Below, one piece after another: positions 38,905 through 44,196 of a DNA stretch of 44,196 nucleotides (position 1 is its first letter; each line of letters opens with the position of its first letter). The stretch covers positions 1 to 44,196 of the IMG/VR virus record IMGVR_UViG_2778261274_000007, one strand, 5' to 3'. The DNA comes from a virus (lineage: Duplodnaviria; Heunggongvirae; Uroviricota; Caudoviricetes). The translations under genes were made by a program, and so were the position numbers. The notes under the pieces were generated by a model. That model worked only from the letters and a program-made list of their open reading frames with translations. It was not told where the DNA came from and made no database searches.

Positions 38905-40338
38905 ATGTCTGAATTTGAAGTGTTGGCACAGCATCTGCTGAAGGAAGCCGAGGCGGAAGAAAAGCTGCGACAGGAAAATGATAAAAAGCTTATCGAGAAA
39001 GTGCTGGAAATCTATGATCAGAAGTATGTGGCTGAATTACTGAGAAAAGTCGGAAAAAATGAGTGGAGCCGTGAAACCATTAACCGCTGGATTAATGGCA
39101 AGTGTTTACCAAAATCGTTGACTTCAGTAGAAGAGTCTCTTCTGCGTAAGATGCTACCAGAACCACCTGCAAACCATCCGGAATATGCTTTCCGCTTCAT
39201 TGACTTATTTGCTGGAATTGGAGGGATACGGAAAGGTTTTGAGGCCATTGGAGGCCAGTGTGTTTTTACCAGTGAATGGAATAAAGATGCTGTGCGTACA
39301 TACAAGGCCAACTGGTTTAACGATGAACAGGTGCATAAATTCAATCTCGATATTCGGGAAGTCACGCTGAGTGATAAAACCGATGTATTGGAAACGGATG
39401 CTTATGCATATATTGATGAGCATGTGCCGGATCATGATGTGCTTCTTGCGGGGTTCCCGTGCCAGCCATTTAGCCTTGCTGGTGTTAGTAAGAAAAACTC
39501 ACTTGGTCGTGCGCATGGTTTTGAATGTGAAGCACAAGGAACACTTTTTTTTGACGTGGCACGTATTATACGAGCAAAAAAACCGGCAATTTTTGTGCTG
39601 GAAAATGTCAAAAATCTGAAGAGCCATGATAAGGGTAAAACTTTCAAAGTCATTATGGAGACCCTTGACGAGCTGGGCTACGAAGTTGCCGATGCTGCAG
39701 AAATGGGAAAAAACGATCCAAAGATTATCGATGGGAAGCATTTTTTGCCTCAGCATCGTGAACGCATTGTTCTGGTCGGATTTAGACGAGATCTGAATAT
39801 TCACAAGGGGTTTACCTTGCGTGATATCAGTCGTTTTTATCCGGAACACCGCCCATCATTTGGTGAATTGCTGGAGCCTGTAGTCGACAGTAAATATATA
39901 CTTACGCCAAAACTATGGGAGTACCTTTATAACTACGCCAAAAAGCATGCAGCCAAGGGGAATGGTTTTGGCTTTGGGTTGGTCAATCCTGAGAATAAGG
40001 AAAGCATTGCACGCACACTTTCTGCCAGATATCACAAAGACGGATCAGAAATTCTTATTGATCGTGGTTGGGATATGGCAACGGGAGAGGCTGACTTTAT
40101 GAATGAGAGTAATCAGGCTCGTCGACCACGCAGGCTGACTCCCCGAGAGTGCGCACGCCTTATGGGATTTGAAAAACCTGGAGGGAAACCATTCCGTATT
40201 CCGGTTTCAGATACTCAGTCATATCGGCAGTTCGGTAACTCAGTTGTGGTGCCAGTATTTGAAGCTGTTGCCAGACTTCTGGAACCCTATATCCTCAAAG
40301 CTGTTTCTGCTGATGCTGGTAAGACTGGGCAGCCTTGA
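38905..40338 (+). CDS. ecoRIIM: DNA C5-cytosine methyltransferase, Dcm / M.EcoRII family (477 aa from internal Met)
   Basis: Motifs I ([10 protein letters not shown]), IV (GFPCQPFS) and VI (ENVKNL); close resemblance to E. coli Dcm; GGAGG RBS at 38896. Confidence 0.8.
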   Translation: MSEFEVLAQHLLKEAEAEEKLRQENDKKLIEKVLEIYDQKYVAELLRKVGKNEWSRETINRWINGKCLPKSLTSVEESLLRKMLPEPPANHPEYAFRFIDLFAGIGGIRKGFEAIGGQCVFTSEWNKDAVRTYKANWFNDEQVHKFNLDIREVTLSDKTDVLETDAYAYIDEHVPDHDVLLAGFPCQPFSLAGVSKKNSLGRAHGFECEAQGTLFFDVARIIRAKKPAIFVLENVKNLKSHDKGKTFKVIMETLDELGYEVADAAEMGKNDPKIIDGKHFLPQHRERIVLVGFRRDLNIHKGFTLRDISRFYPEHRPSFGELLEPVVDSKYILTPKLWEYLYNYAKKHAAKGNGFGFGLVNPENKESIARTLSARYHKDGSEILIDRGWDMATGEADFMNESNQARRPRRLTPRECARLMGFEKPGGKPFRIPVSDTQSYRQFGNSVVVPVFEAVARLLEPYILKAVSADAGKTGQP

Positions 40339-40372
40339 GAACATCTCCCGGCCTTTTAAGCCGGGAGTCAGC

Positions 40373-41587
40373 CTATGATAGTTCAGCGTAAAGCTCTATC
40401 AGCTCAGTAATGAATGCTCCGAGCGTTATTAATTCTTCTCTAACTGCTTCTGGGTATTTTTTATGTAAAGTTGATGGTACAACGAGTCTGACACCCGCAT
40501 CTTTCATTTCTCGGTATTGTGCTGAAGAAACACCTTCTTGCAGTGTAAATAAATGTACCTGATGGATTTTATCTGCTTCATTCAGTATCTGACGCCAGCG
40601 ATCTTTGCAGGTGGTCTTTACTGCCAGCATACGTAAGTTTTCTACAGGAAATTCAACGTTATGATATGCCTCTGCTGAAGGAAACAGGAAATCTGGTTTT
40701 TTATTACCTTCAGTAACTGCCTGAGTGGAGAAATGCCGTAGTCCGTGCTCGATAAAAAGCTTCTCTAGGTGAAGTTCAAGTGATTTGCCTGCCCTTGATT
40801 TACGTCGATTACTGACAGAGTTGGCTAATGCAATAAACTCATCTACAGAATCGAATCCTTTCTTAATAATATCAAGAACATGTAATTCCTCGACGAGTAG
40901 AAAAATATCATACTCGACACGCCGACGGTCAATCAGTTGCTCATCTGGATCCTTGGAGTTTTTAGCATAATGGCCAGCAGCATATTGAATAATTTCGTTT
41001 CCAGAAGGAAAACGCTTCTTCCAGTCTTCAGGAATAACATATTTATGATTTACTGGAGTTTGCTGAAGAGACAATCCGCCCAAAATTTGTCCGGCAGGGC
41101 CGGAAATTAGGGTTCCAGGTATGATTTCGCCAATAGCAGACTCGATGATATCCTCTTCATCGGGATTGACGCAGACCCATATATCTACCTCGGAACAGTC
41201 AGTGTTCTGTTCGTTTAACCTGAAAGCAAGAATTGTGAGGGCTCCTGTATTTTCAGGGTTCTGTAATGGACTTCCTCTCCCCCAGCGCGTAATTCTTTTT
41301 TCGTTTCGGGTCTTACCAAAATAACGGTTGTTGTAATAAATTGCGCGTGCTTGGGTATCAGGGCAATCATGGGATGATACATGCGCAGTAAGGAAGACTG
41401 AAGGGTTCAGTTCGCGAGTATGATTGATAGATGGAAAAAGCTTTTCAACGATATTTGAGGGGATATAAAGTCCGACCTGATGGCCACCTGTTGCGCCTGT
41501 GTCGTTTGCAGAAAGGCGTTTGATGTAGATAAAGTAATTCCCGCTTGCGATATCAAGCAGCCAGTTATGAAAAACCGACATATACAT
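40373..41587 (-). CDS. ecoRIIR: Type IIE restriction endonuclease, EcoRII-like (404 aa)
   Basis: Convergent with the Dcm-family methyltransferase; length and N-terminal sequence consistent with R.EcoRII as recalled. Confidence 0.7.
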   Translation of the reverse strand: MYMSVFHNWLLDIASGNYFIYIKRLSANDTGATGGHQVGLYIPSNIVEKLFPSINHTRELNPSVFLTAHVSSHDCPDTQARAIYYNNRYFGKTRNEKRITRWGRGSPLQNPENTGALTILAFRLNEQNTDCSEVDIWVCVNPDEEDIIESAIGEIIPGTLISGPAGQILGGLSLQQTPVNHKYVIPEDWKKRFPSGNEIIQYAAGHYAKNSKDPDEQLIDRRRVEYDIFLLVEELHVLDIIKKGFDSVDEFIALANSVSNRRKSRAGKSLELHLEKLFIEHGLRHFSTQAVTEGNKKPDFLFPSAEAYHNVEFPVENLRMLAVKTTCKDRWRQILNEADKIHQVHLFTLQEGVSSAQYREMKDAGVRLVVPSTLHKKYPEAVREELITLGAFITELIELYAELS

Positions 41588-41667
41588 CCCTTTGTTAACA
41601 TACAGTCAGGGTTAACATTTTTCCATAGTTATAGATAAGCGGCTAGGAACTTAAGGGAAAAACAAAA

Positions 41668-41690
41668 AGCCCGCATAAGCGGGCTTTTGT
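41668..41690 (-). terminator. Rho-independent terminator (strong on the minus strand)
   Basis: AGCCCGC-ATAA-GCGGGCT hairpin; minus strand followed by TTTTTGTTTTT. Confidence 0.4.
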
Positions 41691-41834
41691 GTCACTCGAG
41701 AGCCGCGGCTCCTTTGCGTATCCTTTTTTGTCTCCTCACCGTCTGGTCGGTGTCCTGCTGAGACTGCTAACTTCCTGTTTTTGTTGGTGTTGTCCTTACA
41801 CCGTCCAATCATGATTGGTGGAGCTGGCGGGAGT

Positions 41835-41875
41835 TGAAACCGCAGCCACGTCGTATGCAAGAACGTGCTGCGGTT
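41835..41875. repeat. Direct repeat copy 2 (stem-loop) at the right edge of the nuclease/R-M cassette
   Basis: TGAAACCGCAGCCACGTCGTATGCAAGAACGTGCTGCGGTT; arms AACCGCAGC / GCTGCGGTT are self-complementary. Confidence 0.5.
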
Positions 41876-42233
41876 GGCTGGTGAACTTCCGATAGGGCGA
41901 GTATTGAATGATTTACAGCCGTTATTGATTTTACATATTTTTTGTATGAAAGGATTAGCGCCTCCTTCCACCGATCATCCATGACTTTACGCCACTGTCT
42001 CTAGGACTGCTATGTATGCTGATTGGGGAAAGTGTGAAAGAAAAGAAGACTGCTGCGCTGTTTGTCGTCACCTTTATCTTCATTGGCTATGCAAGTCATA
42101 ATACAAGGTGGGACAAAACTGAGACACATAAGGCCTCACAATGGCTTGCAAGGCTTTACATGTTTTGATGTGGTGGGACGTGTGAGCGCAGTGTTGATGG
42201 GGTAATACTTTGAATTAGAAGCGGATTCTTATA

Positions 42234-42279
42234 ATTCGTAATGCGAAGGTCGTAGGTTCGACTCCTATTATCGGCACCA
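42234..42279 (+). repeat. attR: partial copy of the thrW 3' end
   Basis: 46 bp identical to 1399..1444. Confidence 0.8.
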
Positions 42280-42454
42280 TCCTACCTATTTTAACGTCTC
42301 CTTAAGTCTACTCAAATACCTTTTAAACCCTTATAATACGCGGCTTCACGGCCCTTGTTGTCTCTGCTCGTCTACTCACGTTCACAGAAATCTACGGTGA
42401 GTTGGGGGTATCAATGGGGGTATTCGCTGTTCGGTCTAAAGGAGATACCCCCAG

Positions 42455-43669
42455 ATGAAGCTCAATGCCAGACAGGTCGAGACTGCCAAGCCCAAAGATA
42501 AACCCTACAAGATGGCTGATGGTGGTGGCCTCTACTTATTGGTTAAAACTAACGGGTCACGCTACTGGCGTTTAAAGTATCGTATCGATGGAAAGGAAAA
42601 GTTATTGGCGCTGGGGGTATATCCCGATGTGTCTTTGGCTGATGCCAGAGCAAAGCGTGATGAAGCTCGAAAAGGTATCGCTGGGGGTATCGATCCTTTA
42701 GAGCTTAAGAAAGAACATAAAGCTGAGCGTGAAGCGCAGGTCAAAAACACCTTTCAGCAAATTGCGCTCGAATGGCACAGCATGAAAGTGAAAAAATGGT
42801 CAGTTGGGTATGCCTCTGACATTCTCGAAGCTTTCAATAAAGATATTTTTCCTTTTCTTGGTCAACGGCCTGTTGCGGACATTAAGCCATTAGAGCTTCT
42901 TAATGTGCTTAAAAAAATCGAAGCCAGAGGTGCAACAGAGAAAGCAAAGAAAGTGCGCCAACGATGTGGTGAAGTGTTTCGCTATGCCATCGTGACAGGC
43001 AGAGCCGAGTATAATCCCGCTCCTGATCTCACCAGTGCCATGCAGGGGCATGAATCTACACATTACCCGTTCCTGACCACCGAAGAGCTTCCTGCCTTTT
43101 TTAAAGCCCTTGCTGGCTACTCTGGTAGTGAATTGATGGTGTTGGCAGCAAGATTATTGATCCTTACTGGCCTAAGAACGGGTGAATTGCGTGGTGCCTT
43201 ATGGTCGGAAATCGATTCCGAGAAAGCGCTATGGGAAATTTCTGCTGAACGCATGAAAATGCGCCGTCCTCATATCATCCCGCTATCTACCCAAGCGTTA
43301 GCCATTATCGAAAAGATCAGAGCAATGACGGGACAATTCCCTTTGCTGTTTCCGGGCCGCAATGATCCAAGTAAGACCATGAGCGAAGCCAGTATCAATC
43401 AGGTATTTAAGCGAATCGGCTATACAGGACGGGTTACGGGTCACGGCTTCCGTCATACCATGAGCACCGTTCTTCATGAACAGGGCTACAACACCGCATG
43501 GATTGAAACCCAACTAGCCCATGTTGATAAGAATGCTATCCGTGGCACCTACAACCATGCGCAATATCTCGATGGCAGACGCGAGATGCTGCAATGGTAT
43601 GCCGACTACATGGTAAGCCTTGAGAAAGGCGGTAATGTCGTACAGGGAACGTTTAATCGGTGTGGGTAA
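42455..43669 (+). CDS. Tyrosine integrase, P4-like (404 aa)
   Basis: N-terminal KYRIDGKEKLLALGVYP arm-binding-type region; C-terminal HGFRHT and RGTYNHAQY. Confidence 0.85.
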   Translation: MKLNARQVETAKPKDKPYKMADGGGLYLLVKTNGSRYWRLKYRIDGKEKLLALGVYPDVSLADARAKRDEARKGIAGGIDPLELKKEHKAEREAQVKNTFQQIALEWHSMKVKKWSVGYASDILEAFNKDIFPFLGQRPVADIKPLELLNVLKKIEARGATEKAKKVRQRCGEVFRYAIVTGRAEYNPAPDLTSAMQGHESTHYPFLTTEELPAFFKALAGYSGSELMVLAARLLILTGLRTGELRGALWSEIDSEKALWEISAERMKMRRPHIIPLSTQALAIIEKIRAMTGQFPLLFPGRNDPSKTMSEASINQVFKRIGYTGRVTGHGFRHTMSTVLHEQGYNTAWIETQLAHVDKNAIRGTYNHAQYLDGRREMLQWYADYMVSLEKGGNVVQGTFNRCG

Positions 43670-43995
43670 GGATAACTGCTGATGAAAGAAGGGTTATGTC
43701 TTAACGGCCATAGCCCTTTTTCTTGGCTAATGCAGATAAGAATTAAGTCAGAATTTAAACTGATGTTTATTAAGTAATTGATTAATATGAAAATTATAAA
43801 ATACCTTGAAACAGGAAAATAAATAGCACTTATTGCTAAATCGCTCTACACCCCGCCCAGTGACAGCTCTCCCGCCATTTCATCTGTTTTTGTATGAAAA
43901 ACACTCAATTCGAGTTCAATTCTGATTTTCCGAGGGTTGAACGTCATAAGCGATCTGAAGATACTACATTCATCAAAACAACAACGGAGAAATAT

Positions 43996-44196
43996 ATGAC
44001 AACAAAAAAACTTATTCGCATGCCGGAAGTGATCAATAAAACAGGATTTAGCAAAGCATGGATCTATAGACTTATTAGTAAGGGGGATTTCCCTAAGCCG
44101 ATTAAGATTGGAATAAGAGCCAGTGCCTTTGTTGAAAGTGAGATTGATGAATGGATTGAACAACTGATCTATTCATCACGTAATACAGCTGCATAA
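43996..44196 (+). CDS. alpA: AlpA-family transcriptional regulator (66 aa)
   Basis: MTTKKLIRMPEVINKTGFSKAWIYRLISKGDFPKP resembles AlpA; GGAGA RBS; stop is the last codon of the window. Confidence 0.7.
   Translation: MTTKKLIRMPEVINKTGFSKAWIYRLISKGDFPKPIKIGIRASAFVESEIDEWIEQLIYSSRNTAA

Larger units (their letters stand above)
42280..44196. mobile_element. Start of a second, tandemly integrated P4-like element (continues beyond the window)
   Basis: P4-type integrase directly after the tRNA-derived repeat, followed by AlpA. Confidence 0.6.

Noticed and set aside
41651-41971. 106-aa minus-strand ORF
   Set aside because: Spans the terminator hairpin and the direct-repeat stem-loop; no RBS; likely non-coding.
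43846-44163. 105-aa minus-strand ORF overlapping alpA
   Set aside because: AlpA on the plus strand has an RBS and a recognisable sequence; the antisense ORF has neither.

Overview
Enterobacterial (E. coli-like) chromosome segment: proA and an intact tRNA-Thr (thrW), then a ~40.9 kb mosaic lambdoid prophage integrated into thrW, ending at a 46-bp partial thrW copy (attR), followed by the start of a second tandem element (P4-type integrase, AlpA). The prophage carries P22-type int/xis, YfdP/Q/R-like early-left genes, a cI/cro immunity region with GTAC-containing operators, an O-like replication initiator with internal iterons, RusA, KilA-N, DUF968, Q, a lambda-like lysis cassette, HNH plus HK97-like terminase/portal/protease/capsid, and a Mu-like contractile tail with a Pin-invertible tail-fibre tip. 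Three visibly AT-rich accessory insertions stand out. The best candidate for an undescribed system is a three-gene minus-strand cassette wedged between Q and the late promoter/lysis genes, ending in a ComEC-like MBL-fold hydrolase. The others are a gene pair beside cI in the lysogeny-expressed position, and a GIY-YIG nuclease plus EcoRII-type R-M module bounded by ~40-bp direct repeats. All calls rest on reading the sequence and the ORF track and on recalled family features; no database search was run.
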